A DNA stretch of 32,000 nt, taken from Mycolicibacterium smegmatis (GTDB lineage: Bacteria > Actinomycetota > Actinomycetes > Mycobacteriales > Mycobacteriaceae). The stretch lies in NCBI RefSeq assembly GCF_001457595.1, contig NZ_LN831039.1:5520001-5552000 (forward strand), in the 5' to 3' direction. Positions within the stretch are counted from its first letter, which is position 1, and every line of letters starts with the position of its first letter. Positions 1-10,495 of the stretch are shown here, piece after piece. The notes below the pieces were generated by a model that had not been told where the DNA came from, searched no databases, and saw only the letters and a list, made by a program, of their open reading frames with translations. Position numbers and translations under genes: made by a program.

Positions 1-1
1 G

Positions 2-91
2 CTGACCGTCACCACCTACGCCGAACAGGCCGAGGCGCAGGCAGAGGACATCGAGGCGATCATCGCGGGTTTCACCGTCGCGAAGAAGTAA
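2..91 (+). CDS. C-terminal end of a truncated CDS (...LTVTTYAEQAEAQAEDIEAIIAGFTVAKK*), probably LpqN/LpqT-family lipoprotein
   Basis: Open frame from window edge to TAA at 89-91; identity inferred from synteny with lpqT next to rplY-pth. Confidence 0.55.
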   Translation: MTVTTYAEQAEAQAEDIEAIIAGFTVAKK

Positions 92-120
92 GACGCCAGC
101 GAAGTCGTTAGGGTGACGAC

Positions 121-993
121 ATGACGCAGTGGACCAGTGCTGATCTCCCCTCGTTCCGCGGCCGCACCGTCGTGATCACCGGAGCCAACAGCGGGCTCGG
201 ACTCGTCACCGCACGAGAACTCGCGCGTGTGGGCGCCAAGGTCATCGTCGCCGTCCGCAATCTCGACAAAGGCACCGCGGCTGCCGAGACCATGCCGGGC
301 GGCATCGTCGAGGTGCGCAAACTCGATCTGCAGGACCTCGCGTCGGTGCACGAGTTCGCCGACACCGTCGAGACCGTCGATGTCCTGGTGAACAACGCCG
401 GCATCATGGCGGTGCCGCTCGCGCGCACAGTCGACGGCTTCGAGAGCCAGATCGGCACCAACCACCTGGGCCACTTCGCGCTCACCAACCTGCTGCTGCC
501 CAAGATCTCCGACCGTGTGGTCACGGTGTCGTCGATGATGCACTGGATCGGCCGCATCAACCTGCGCGACCTCAACTGGAAGGCACGGCCCTACTCGGCG
601 TGGCTGGCCTACGGACAGTCCAAGCTCGCGAACCTGATGTTCACCTCGGAACTGCAACGCCGCCTCGTCGCCTCCGGGTCGTCGGTGCGCGCGCTGGCCG
701 CCCACCCTGGCTATTCGGCCACCAACCTGCAGGGACACTCGGGCAACCGGTTCGGAACCGCGGCGGCCGCGCTGGGAAACCGGCACCTGGCCACCGACGT
801 CACGTTCGGTGCCCGCCAGACGCTGTACGCGGTGTCTCAGGACCTGCCCGGCGACACCTTCGTCGGTCCCCGGTTCGGGCAGTGGGGACCCACCGGATCT
901 GTCGGCCGCAGCCCCCTGGCGCGTCGCACCGACACCCAGCGGGCGCTGTGGGAGCTGTCCGAGCAGCTCACCGGCACCTCATACCCGCTCTGA
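121..993 (+). CDS. Short-chain dehydrogenase/reductase (290 aa)
   Basis: TVVITGANSGLG cofactor motif, NNAG, Rossmann SDR layout. Confidence 0.93.
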   Translation: MTQWTSADLPSFRGRTVVITGANSGLGLVTARELARVGAKVIVAVRNLDKGTAAAETMPGGIVEVRKLDLQDLASVHEFADTVETVDVLVNNAGIMAVPLARTVDGFESQIGTNHLGHFALTNLLLPKISDRVVTVSSMMHWIGRINLRDLNWKARPYSAWLAYGQSKLANLMFTSELQRRLVASGSSVRALAAHPGYSATNLQGHSGNRFGTAAAALGNRHLATDVTFGARQTLYAVSQDLPGDTFVGPRFGQWGPTGSVGRSPLARRTDTQRALWELSEQLTGTSYPL

Positions 994-1151
994 CGTTTTG
1001 GGCCGGGCGGAGTTTCTTTGCTACCCTGACCAGGCGTCACGGCGAGGGTGGACCTTGATGGACCACCGTTATCGACGGGAACTTCTTCTAAGTGTTGCGA
1101 CCCTGGCCGTGCTGACGAACCGAGTACAGGGACTATCAGGAGCAACACCCC

Positions 1152-1799
1152 ATGGCCAAGACCGCCAACATCCCCAACAAGCTGACCGCCAACGTGCGCA
1201 CCCGCACCGGCAAGGGCGCCTCGCGCCAGGCCCGTCGCGACGGCAAGGTGCCCGCCGTGCTGTACGGCCACGGCACCGATCCGCAGCACCTGGAGCTCAA
1301 CGCCCGCGACTTCGCGGCCGTCCTGCGCAGCCACGGCACCAACGCGATCCTGACCCTGGACATCGAGGGCACCGAGCAGCTCGCGCTGACCAAGGCGCTC
1401 GACGTTCACCCCATCCGCCGCAACATCCAGCACGCAGACCTGCTCGTCGTGCAGCGCGGCGAAAAGGTCACCGTCGAGGTGACCGTCCTCGTCGAGGGTG
1501 ACGCGACCCCGGGCACCCTGGTCACCCAGGACGCCAACACCATCGAGATCGAGGCCGAGGCCCTGTCGATCCCCGAGCAGCTCACCGTGTCGGTCGAGGG
1601 TGTCGAGGCCGGCACCCAGATCACCGCGGGCCAGATCTCGCTGCCCGAGGGCGTCAACCTGATCTCGGATCCCGAGCTGCTGGTGGTCAACGTCGTCGAG
1701 GCCCCGAGCGCCGAGGCTCTCGAGGAAGAAGGCGCCGGCGAGACCGGTGCTGCCGAGGCCCCGGCCGAAGAGGCTCCCGCCGAAGAGCCGGCCGAGTAA
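1152..1799 (+). CDS. rplY: 50S ribosomal protein L25/general stress protein Ctc (bL25, 215 aa)
   Basis: N-terminal L25 domain ([24 protein letters not shown]), CTC-type extension with acidic/Ala-rich tail; AGGAG RBS at 1138-1142. Confidence 0.95.
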
Positions 1800-1811
1800 G
1801 GCCTTTCCTGG

Positions 1812-2387
1812 ATGGCCGAGCCACTGCTGGTGGTGGGCCTGGGAAATCCCGGGCCCACCTATGCCAAGACCCGGCACAACCTCGGCTTCATGGTGGCCGA
1901 CGTGCTCGCCGGGCGGATCGGCTCAGCGTTCAAGGTGCACAAGAAGTCCGGCGCCGAGGTGGTGACGGGCCGGTTGGCAGGCACCTCCGTGGTGCTCGCC
2001 AAGCCCCGCTGCTACATGAACGAGTCCGGCCGTCAGGTCGGCCCACTCGCCAAGTTCTACTCGGTGCCACCGCAGCAGATCGTGGTGATCCACGACGAGC
2101 TGGACATCGACTTCGGCCGCATCCGGCTCAAGCTGGGCGGCGGTGAAGGCGGCCACAACGGCCTGCGCTCCGTCGCATCAGCGTTGGGCACCAAGGATTT
2201 TCACCGAGTGCGCATCGGCGTGGGACGCCCGCCGGGCCGCAAGGACCCGGCGGCGTTCGTGCTCGAGAACTTCACCGCGGCCGAGCGCGCCGAGGTCCCC
2301 ACCATCGTCGAGCAGGCCGCCGACGCCACCGAGCTCCTGATCGCACAGGGCCTCGAACCCGCGCAGAACACCGTCCACGCCTGGTAG
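1812..2387 (+). CDS. pth: Peptidyl-tRNA hydrolase (191 aa)
   Basis: [43 protein letters not shown] motifs; 12 bp after rplY. Confidence 0.97.
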   Translation: MAEPLLVVGLGNPGPTYAKTRHNLGFMVADVLAGRIGSAFKVHKKSGAEVVTGRLAGTSVVLAKPRCYMNESGRQVGPLAKFYSVPPQQIVVIHDELDIDFGRIRLKLGGGEGGHNGLRSVASALGTKDFHRVRIGVGRPPGRKDPAAFVLENFTAAERAEVPTIVEQAADATELLIAQGLEPAQNTVHAW

Positions 2388-2406
2388 CTCTTTTCGCGCA
2401 TCTTTC

Positions 2407-2445
2407 GCACCGCGCACCTTTTGCACCGCGCACCTTTTGCACCGC
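2407..2445. repeat. 16-bp tandem repeat gcaccgcgcacctttt, 2 full copies plus a 7-bp partial
   Basis: Direct reading: 2407-2422, 2423-2438, partial gcaccgc 2439-2445. Confidence 0.9.
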
Positions 2446-2516
2446 CAGCGTGCGCGTCTGTCCCCCGCCACGCCGCCTTTTGTCAGCGCTGCGCGCACGC
2501 TCGTCGCGCGTGAGCG
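2439..2516 (-). repeat. Copy A of a 78-bp dispersed element, inverted relative to copy B at 4216-4293
   Basis: Reverse complement aligns ungapped with 4216-4293, 9 mismatches in 78 (about 88% identity). Confidence 0.9.
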
Positions 2517-2538
2517 CGCGTCCGATGCTCGCTGATGC

Positions 2539-3576
2539 TCACTGCCCCCGCGGAAGCCCGCCGTCGACGACCTTCACGGTCTTGTGCGGATACCGCTTCT
2601 CGGCGTACTCCTTGGCCGCCGAATTGGGCAGCACGTACAACGTCTCCTTCTTGTCCTGCAACGGTTTGAGGACCAGATCCATGAACGCCTTGCGGTCGTC
2701 GAGATACGGCTCGATGACGTCCTCGCCCGCGGGACACACCGCCAGGCAGTAGGCGGCCTTGTAGTTGGGCTTGAACGACAGGCTCTGCCACATCGATGCG
2801 TTCTCCGAATCGCTTACACGTGAACGGAAATCGTCCGCATCGGCGCTGTCGGCCACGGTCTGCACCCAATCGGTGAACCCGCCCATGAACTCGCGGTAGT
2901 TGTGCACCGAGCAGGCGCGGAAGTCGAACTCGCCGTTCTTGCCGATCGCCCCGACCGGGCAGACCGCGACACACAGCTTGCATTCCAGGCACGGTGAATA
3001 GTCAAGTGGCTCACCGTAACTGGTGATCGGAGCGGCCACCAGGATGGTGCCCAGCAGGATGAAGTTGCCATACTTCGGGTGAATCACGTTGCGGTGTATG
3101 CCCATTACGCCCATGCCCGCGGCCACTGCGACGGGTTTGTGCGCGATCACCCAGATGCGCCCGGGATAGCGATCCATCTCCATGGGGAACGTCGCCGACG
3201 GGTTGACCGCGCGGTACCCGGCATCCTCCAGCGACCGGGTGATGCGGTGCGCGGCCTCGTTGAGGGCCTCACCGCTGCGGTGGAACTCCTGGTTCGCGAC
3301 ACTGCGCGCGGTGGACCGCACGTTGTCGCGGTTCATTCGCACCACGAGCGAGATGTAACTGCGCACGCCCGGCAGCGCCGCGTCGGCGTGCTCGCGTTCG
3401 GATTCGACCGCCGGATCGTCGACGCTGACGAAACCGACGTCGTCGACCCCGGCCTCCAGACACAGTGCCCGCAGCCAGTCGGCGTCGATCGGGACCCGAG
3501 GTCCCGCGGCGCCGCGAGACCGGACCGCCCGCACCGTCGGATGCTCGGCCAGCCTGGCAGGAATCCTGTCACCCAT
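2539..3576 (-). CDS. 4Fe-4S ferredoxin-type / epoxyqueuosine-reductase-like oxidoreductase (345 aa)
   Basis: CLECKLCVAVCPVG cluster motif and a second CLAVCPAG; MGDRIPARL start at 3576, with the ORF-track extension upstream judged spurious. Confidence 0.8.
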   Translation of the reverse strand: MGDRIPARLAEHPTVRAVRSRGAAGPRVPIDADWLRALCLEAGVDDVGFVSVDDPAVESEREHADAALPGVRSYISLVVRMNRDNVRSTARSVANQEFHRSGEALNEAAHRITRSLEDAGYRAVNPSATFPMEMDRYPGRIWVIAHKPVAVAAGMGVMGIHRNVIHPKYGNFILLGTILVAAPITSYGEPLDYSPCLECKLCVAVCPVGAIGKNGEFDFRACSVHNYREFMGGFTDWVQTVADSADADDFRSRVSDSENASMWQSLSFKPNYKAAYCLAVCPAGEDVIEPYLDDRKAFMDLVLKPLQDKKETLYVLPNSAAKEYAEKRYPHKTVKVVDGGLPRGQ

Positions 3577-3579
3577 GCG

Positions 3580-3603
3580 CTGAGTATAGCGAAATATACT
3601 CAG
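3580..3603. promoter_or_regulatory. Perfect inverted repeat CTGAGTATA-gcgaaa-TATACTCAG, candidate operator between divergent genes
   Basis: 9-bp arms 3580-3588 and 3595-3603 with 6-bp spacer. Confidence 0.6.
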
Positions 3604-3657
3604 AGTCAAATCTGCGGGCTTGCGGTTTCCTGTGAGAAAGCTGGGTACAACGGAACT

Positions 3658-4203
3658 ATGGACGCGTATCAAGCACAGCCCGGGCTGCTGCAGCGTCTCA
3701 TGTATCGAGTGCTCGACGGCGCCCGGCGATGGGGGTCGATCGAAATCCGACCGACCCGGTTCGGAGTCGTGGAACACCGTCTCGTCGTCTATCCGCCGGG
3801 GATCAGCGCAGCCGACCGCCGCTGGACCCGCGTGGCGCGCGGGTGGCCGGGATGGGGTCTGGCCCTGTGGCTCATCTGCCCGATCTGGCTGGCCCACTCG
3901 ATGCCGACATGGGCCGCGGTCCTGGTGTCGACGGCGATTTCCCTGGTGGCGGGCGCGGTGGTGGCTGAGTTGTCCGGGGAGGCACGCACCCAGGTGCGCA
4001 CCTTGATGGCGACGACGATGGCCGGCCACGACGACGACGAATCCCGCGCGACCCGCGAACGCCTGCACGATCTCGCCTCGACCCTGCTCGATGCCGACGA
4101 CCGACTCGCCCGCGGCGAAATCAGCCCGGTGGAGTACGAGGCGATCTGGTGGCGGGTCTACCGCAGCATGGACGACGCGGCATCGCCACACGCGACCGCA
4201 TGA
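3658..4203 (+). CDS. Conserved hypothetical protein (DUF6611-like, 181 aa) with a hydrophobic central segment
   Basis: MDAYQAQPGLLQRLMYRVLDGARRWG start; WLICPIWLAHSMPTWAAVLVSTAISLVAGAVV hydrophobic region. Confidence 0.75.
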   Translation: MDAYQAQPGLLQRLMYRVLDGARRWGSIEIRPTRFGVVEHRLVVYPPGISAADRRWTRVARGWPGWGLALWLICPIWLAHSMPTWAAVLVSTAISLVAGAVVAELSGEARTQVRTLMATTMAGHDDDESRATRERLHDLASTLLDADDRLARGEISPVEYEAIWWRVYRSMDDAASPHATA

Positions 4204-4215
4204 TCTGACGCCGCA

Positions 4216-4293
4216 CGCTCACACGCGACGAGCGTGCGCGCAGTGCTGACAAAACGCGGCGTGGCGGGCAGCAGACATGCACGCTCGCGGTGC
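4216..4293 (+). repeat. Copy B of the 78-bp dispersed element
   Basis: See copy A; lies between convergent gene ends (4203 and 4302). Confidence 0.9.
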
Positions 4294-4301
4294 GAAGTTG
4301 G

Positions 4302-5939
4302 TTACTGGGTGACCAGGGAGACCGAGTTGGCGCGGCGGAGCTTGCCCGACGGGGTCTTCGGGATGGAGCCCGGACCGAGCACGACGACGTTGCGCGGGCG
4401 CACGTCGACCTCGGAGACCACCTCGTGGGCGACCTGGTGCTCGATGCGACGCACCTCGGCAGGGTCCTGCCAGGCGTTGGACTCCACGGCGACGGCGAAG
4501 GTCTCGCGGGAGTGCCCGGCGTCGAGGCGGACGGCCACGGCGCAGCCGGGGCGCACACCCTCGACGCGGCCGGCGGCGCGCTCGATGTCGGTCGGGTAGA
4601 TGTTGCGCCCGGCCATGATGATGACGTCCTTGACGCGGCCGCACACCACGATGTTGCCTTCCTCGGTGATGTAGCCGAGGTCGCCGGTGTCGTACCAGCC
4701 GTACTCGTCCTGGGCGGGCACGAAGCCGCCCATGGTGATGTAGCCCGGGGTCACCGGCTCACCGCGCAGTTCGATGACGCCGACGCCGCGCGCCGGCATG
4801 ACCTCGCCGTTCTCGTCGACGACGCGAGCCTCGAGGTCGTTGAGCAGCGGGCCCAGCGACGCCAGGCGCTTGGTGTTGCCCTTCGTGGCGGGCACGGCGC
4901 GGCGCAGCGCGGCCAGCAGATCGGCATCGACCTCGTCGACCACCAGACCCTCGCCGCACGGCGAGAACGACACCGCCAGCGTGGTTTCGGCCATGCCGTA
5001 GGCCGGCAGGATCGCCTCGGGCCGCAGACCGAACGGCTTCCCCGCATCGAGGAAGTCCTCGACGTCGGCCGGCTCGACGGGCTCGGCACCCGAGAGCGCG
5101 AAGCGCAGCGTCGACAGGTCGAAGTCGCCGGGCTTGGCCTGGCGGCGCAGCCGCTTGGCCAGCAGCGCGTACGCGAAGTTGGGGGCCGCGGTCATCGTGC
5201 CCTTGTACTTGTCGATGAGCTTGGCCCACAGCAGCGTGTCGCGCAGGAAGTCCATCGGCGTGACCTTGACGAGCTCGGCGCCGAAGTACATGGGGATCGT
5301 CAGGAAGCCGACCATGCCCATGTCGTGGAAGCACGGCAGCCAGCTGACCATGACGTCCTTCTCGACGTCGTACTTGGCGCCCACGAACATCGCCTCGGCA
5401 TTCGAGTGGATGTTGCGGTGCGTGATCTGCACGGCCTTGGGCGAACCCGTGGAGCCCGACGTGAGCTGCATGAGCGCGAGGTCGTCCTCGCCGGTCTCGA
5501 CCGGGTCGATCGGATCGGCCGCGAGCAGGTCGGCGACCTTGAGGACCAGGATGCCCTTCTCCTCCAGCACCGGGGTCGCGACCAGGAACGGCTCGGAGAT
5601 GATGACGGCCTTGAGCTCGATCATGCCGATGACGTTCATGGTGTCCTCGGCCCACACCGCGAGGTCGGTGCGCGGCGTCGGCTGGTGCAGCATCGTCAGG
5701 CTCGCGCCGCGCATCCACACACCCTGCGCGGTCGGCGCGATCTCCACCGGGAAGCCGGCGAGCACACCGACGGCGTCGCCGTGGCCGATGCCCGCGGCCG
5801 CCAGGCCACCGGCGATGCGGCGGGCACGCTCGTGCACTTCACCCCAGGTGTGCCGCACCGGCTCGTGCGGTTCACCGGTCACCATGCCGGTCGTCACCGT
5901 ACGAGCGTTGCGGTACATCTTCTCGGTGAATCTGCTCAC
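4302..5939 (-). CDS. Fatty-acyl-AMP ligase/acyl-CoA synthetase, FadD/Pks16-like (545 aa)
   Basis: [53 protein letters not shown] motifs; GTG start at 5939 with GAGGAGG RBS, so the 5987 start is judged too long. Confidence 0.92.
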
Positions 5940-6359
5940 GACGACCTCCTCGGCTTCCGGAGCCGCTGCGCCGGGGTGTTCCGGCACAGCGTCATGACCC
6001 GGTTATCCATATTCCGCCCATGTGACGGCACCTTCGGATAGGCACGCGCACACGATTGGGCAGCAGTTATGTCTCGGTTCGGTGATGGGTCGCCCAGAAA
6101 AGCGGGCGTTTTCAGCAACGACGCGGGATCGCACATTACGACGCCGGCCACATGGCTGTGCAACCGCCCACCGTAATTGCCGGAGGGCGAAATCGTCGCG
6201 TTCGATTCTTGACCGCTAGCTTCCACCGTCGATCATCTTAAGAGACCCTTAAGTAACTGCCAAACTGTAGCGATTATTGAGTGATGTGTCACAGCGGCGT
6301 CGCCGCTGCTCCACCCGCATTTCGGCAGGTCGAATTTTCGTCACGCCACACGTCGCGCC

Positions 6360-7328
6360 TCACGATGCCGACGGGGCGGGAACGACGTGCGCGCCGTGTA
6401 CAGGCCCACTCGCGACCCGCACGGTGCGGCACACCCCGGCCCCCGACAGCTGCGTACCGACATCCAGCGCGGCCGGGGCCGACGCGCACAGGAACGCACA
6501 CGTCGGACCGGAACCCGACACGATGCCCGCGAGCGCGCCCGCCTCGACACCGGCACGCAGCGTGCGACGCAGTTCGGGGTACAGGCTCAGCGCCGCGGGC
6601 TGCAGATCGTTGCCCAGCAGGGCCGCCAGCTCGGCCGGATCGCCCGAGGCCAGCGCGGCCAGCACGGGCTCGGGCTCGTCGGTGCGCGGCAGTCCACGGT
6701 TGGTGTCGGCGCGCAACCGGTCCAGTTCCCCGAAGACCTTGGGCGTCGACAAGCCGCGGTGCGCGAACGCCAGCACCCAGTGGAACGTGTTGCGCGCGAG
6801 CACCGTGGCGAGGTCCTCGCCGCGCCCGGACCCCAGCGCGGTCCCGCCGTGCAGCGCGAACGGCACATCACTGCCCAGCTGTGCGGCCAGCGCGTGCAGA
6901 TCCCGCCGCGGCACGCCGAGCTCCCACAGCGTGTTCATCGCGACCAGCACGCCCGCGGCATCCGCCGAGCCGCCGGCCATCCCGCCGGCCACCGGGATGG
7001 ACTTCTCGATCGTGATCTCGACGTCGGGTGCGCGGCCGACGTGCTCGGCCATCAGCTCGGCGGCGCGCCACGCCAGGTTGCGCTCGTCGACCGGCAGCGA
7101 CTCGGCGCCCTCCCCGATCATCCGCAGCGACAGCACGTCGGCGTTGCGGACCGTCACCTCGTCGAGCAGCGAGACCGCGTGGAACACCGTCGTCAGATCG
7201 TGGTACCCGTCGTCGCGCAGATCGCCCACGGACAGGTACAGGTTCACCTTGCCGGGAACGCGCACAGTGACCGAGCCGGTGGTCACCCATTCGGATGCGG
7301 TACTGCCATCGGATGCGGGCACGGCCAC
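6360..7328 (-). CDS. ispE: 4-diphosphocytidyl-2-C-methyl-D-erythritol kinase (322 aa)
   Basis: [50 protein letters not shown]-kinase motifs. Confidence 0.96.
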   Translation of the reverse strand: MAVPASDGSTASEWVTTGSVTVRVPGKVNLYLSVGDLRDDGYHDLTTVFHAVSLLDEVTVRNADVLSLRMIGEGAESLPVDERNLAWRAAELMAEHVGRAPDVEITIEKSIPVAGGMAGGSADAAGVLVAMNTLWELGVPRRDLHALAAQLGSDVPFALHGGTALGSGRGEDLATVLARNTFHWVLAFAHRGLSTPKVFGELDRLRADTNRGLPRTDEPEPVLAALASGDPAELAALLGNDLQPAALSLYPELRRTLRAGVEAGALAGIVSGSGPTCAFLCASAPAALDVGTQLSGAGVCRTVRVASGPVHGAHVVPAPSAS

Positions 7329-7388
7329 GACCTTATCGCCGTGTGCAGTGTCGCCGCTGAACCCCGGCGTGATCCCTAAGCTGTGTGG

Positions 7389-8246
7389 GTGGAGTCACCC
7401 GGCGAGCACATCGCGGGATTCGTCGTCGAGGACGTGGCGGGTCGCGGCGGCTGGGCCGTGGTGTACCGGGCACGCGACGCGCAGGGCCGCCCGGTGGCGC
7501 TCAAGGTGCTCAACGAGTCGCACCGCGAGCCCGCGCACCTCGACAGACTCCGCCGCGAGTTCGAGTTCGCGCGCCGCGCCGAGCACCCGAACGTCGTCGC
7601 GATGTACGCCGCGGGGGACGGCTGGCTGGCCATGGAGTTCATCGACGGCAGGCCCGCCACCAGCCTGGCCGTGCGCACCGATCAGCTCACCGCGCTGAGA
7701 CAGATCGCCGACGCGCTCGACAACATCCACCGGCTCGGCATCGTGCACAGCGACGTGAAGCCGACGAACATCCTTGTGGACAAACCATTTTCGCGCGCGG
7801 TGCTGATCGACTTCGGCGTCGCGCACTCGCTCGCCGAGGATGTCGCGGCGCGCCTCGCGGCCGACACCACCGGGCGCCTGACCCTCGATCCGGCCCGGCG
7901 CATCACGCATCAGAGCGCGGGACCACGGCCTCAGGTGCAGGCGTCGCTCCCCTACTCGGCGCCCGAACTGATCACCGGGCGCGCGCTGTCGGCGGCCACC
8001 GACCAGTACGCGCTGGCGTGCACCGCGGTGGAGATCCTCACCGGCCTGCCGCCGTTCACGGCCACCACGGCCGTGAAGATGGTCGATCAGCAGTTGAACA
8101 GCCCGCCGCCGCGAATCTCCCGACGCGCCGCATGGATTCCCCACGCGGTGGATTCGATCCTCGCGAAGGCACTGTCGAAAGATCCCGAGCGACGTCATGA
8201 ATCGTGCACGAAGTTCGTCGACGAACTCGCCGCCGCACTCGGGTGA
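7389..8246 (+). CDS. Soluble Ser/Thr protein kinase (about 285 aa; ORF track start 7383)
   Basis: GRGGWAVVY glycine loop, VALKVL lysine, HSDVKPTN catalytic loop (Asp kept, HRD Arg replaced by Ser), IDFG; TAAGCT -10-like element at 7377-7382 suggests a leaderless GTG start at 7389. Confidence 0.9.
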   Translation: MESPGEHIAGFVVEDVAGRGGWAVVYRARDAQGRPVALKVLNESHREPAHLDRLRREFEFARRAEHPNVVAMYAAGDGWLAMEFIDGRPATSLAVRTDQLTALRQIADALDNIHRLGIVHSDVKPTNILVDKPFSRAVLIDFGVAHSLAEDVAARLAADTTGRLTLDPARRITHQSAGPRPQVQASLPYSAPELITGRALSAATDQYALACTAVEILTGLPPFTATTAVKMVDQQLNSPPPRISRRAAWIPHAVDSILAKALSKDPERRHESCTKFVDELAAALG

Positions 8247-8265
8247 TCGGCGAATCGTCCGGAAA

Positions 8266-8330
8266 ACGCCGAGACCGGCGAAATGGTCGCCGACGGACAC
8301 CGTCGGGCACCATTTCGCCGGTCTCGGCGT
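8266..8330. terminator. Long stem-loop between convergent genes, probable bidirectional terminator or palindromic element
   Basis: 22-bp perfect arms ACGCCGAGACCGGCGAAATGGT (8266-8287) / ACCATTTCGCCGGTCTCGGCGT (8309-8330) with nested CCGACGG-aca-CCGTCGG (8290-8306). Confidence 0.8.
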
Positions 8331-8346
8331 CGGGCGCTTCGAGCGC

Positions 8347-9240
8347 TCAGGCCTCGGCTGACACCGAAGGCGTTGATGCAGAAGGCCTGACGACCTGCTT
8401 GGTGTAGTCCTCGCCCAGTGCTTCCTTGGTCCGCTGCAGCAACCGGACGAAGTCGTTGATGCTCAACGTCTCACCGCGACGTGCCGGGTCGATGCTGGCA
8501 GCCAGGAGGCGTTCGGCCGATTCGTTGCCGCCACCGGCCCACTCGGCGAACGCGTTGCGCGAGGTCTTGCGGCGCTGCGCGAAGCCGATGTCGATGAGGT
8601 TGAACACCTCGTCGCGGAAGGCCGCCTCCATGGGCCACGGCGACGTCTCGTACCGGTCGATCCGGACCAGCCCCGAGTACACGCGCGGGATGGGCCAGAA
8701 GACCGTCGGCGAGACCATGCCGTGCCTGCGCACGTTGCCGTAGAACCGCACCTTGGCACTCGGCACGCCGTAGTCCTTGCCGCCCGGTTCGGCAGCCAGG
8801 CGCTCGGCCACCTCGGCCTGCACCATGACCATCACCGTCCGGATCGACGGGAACTCCGCGAGCAGGTGCAGCAACGCGGGCACCGCCACGTTGTACGGCA
8901 GGTTCGCCACCAGTGCCGTGGGCTGCTCCTCCAGGTCGCCCGGCATGAGCGTCAGGATGTCCCGGTTGAGCACCGTGAGCCGGTTGATCTCACTGTGCGA
9001 ATGGTCGGCGATCGTCGTCGGCAGCTGACGCGCCAGCAGTGGATCGATCTCCACCGCGGTGACGCGGGCTCCCCGATCCAGCAGCGCCAGAGTCAGAGAA
9101 CCGAGTCCTGGCCCGACCTCGAGGACATGGTCGTGCCGATGGACTCCAGAGGCCGACACGATGCGCCGCACCGTGTTGGCATCGTGAACGAAGTTCTGTC
9201 CGAATGCCTTTCGTGGGCGAAAGTCGATCTCTTTCGCCAA
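8347..9240 (-). CDS. rsmA: 16S rRNA dimethyladenosine transferase (297 aa from TTG; may start about 13 codons upstream)
   Basis: [35 protein letters not shown], ...VFWPIPRV motifs. Confidence 0.95.
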   Translation of the reverse strand: MAKEIDFRPRKAFGQNFVHDANTVRRIVSASGVHRHDHVLEVGPGLGSLTLALLDRGARVTAVEIDPLLARQLPTTIADHSHSEINRLTVLNRDILTLMPGDLEEQPTALVANLPYNVAVPALLHLLAEFPSIRTVMVMVQAEVAERLAAEPGGKDYGVPSAKVRFYGNVRRHGMVSPTVFWPIPRVYSGLVRIDRYETSPWPMEAAFRDEVFNLIDIGFAQRRKTSRNAFAEWAGGGNESAERLLAASIDPARRGETLSINDFVRLLQRTKEALGEDYTKQVVRPSASTPSVSAEA

Positions 9241-9275
9241 GCGTCGTATCTCGGTCCGCCCGAGCAGTCGAATAG

Positions 9276-10472
<1,197 letters not shown>

Positions 10473-10495
10473 TCACAAGACGGTAACGAAAAGGT

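Noticed and set aside
2407-2445. Possible CRISPR-like tandem repeats
   Set aside because: Units are contiguous with no unique spacers and only ~2.4 copies; no cas genes.
2539-4191. 550-aa version of the ferredoxin-like ORF
   Set aside because: Residues before MGDRIPARL are antisense to the DUF6611-like gene and cross the palindrome and divergent start region.
3079-4203. 374-aa version of the DUF6611-like ORF
   Set aside because: The N-terminal part is antisense to the ferredoxin-like gene; the coherent protein starts at 3658.
4290-6041. 583-aa plus-strand ORF across fadD
   Set aside because: Antisense to a clear acyl-AMP ligase; His/Arg/Gly-rich composition typical of a GC-codon shadow frame.
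6277-7698. 473-aa plus-strand ORF starting in the ispE-fadD gap
   Set aside because: Antisense to ispE with Ser/Arg/Pro-rich low-complexity translation; no start context.
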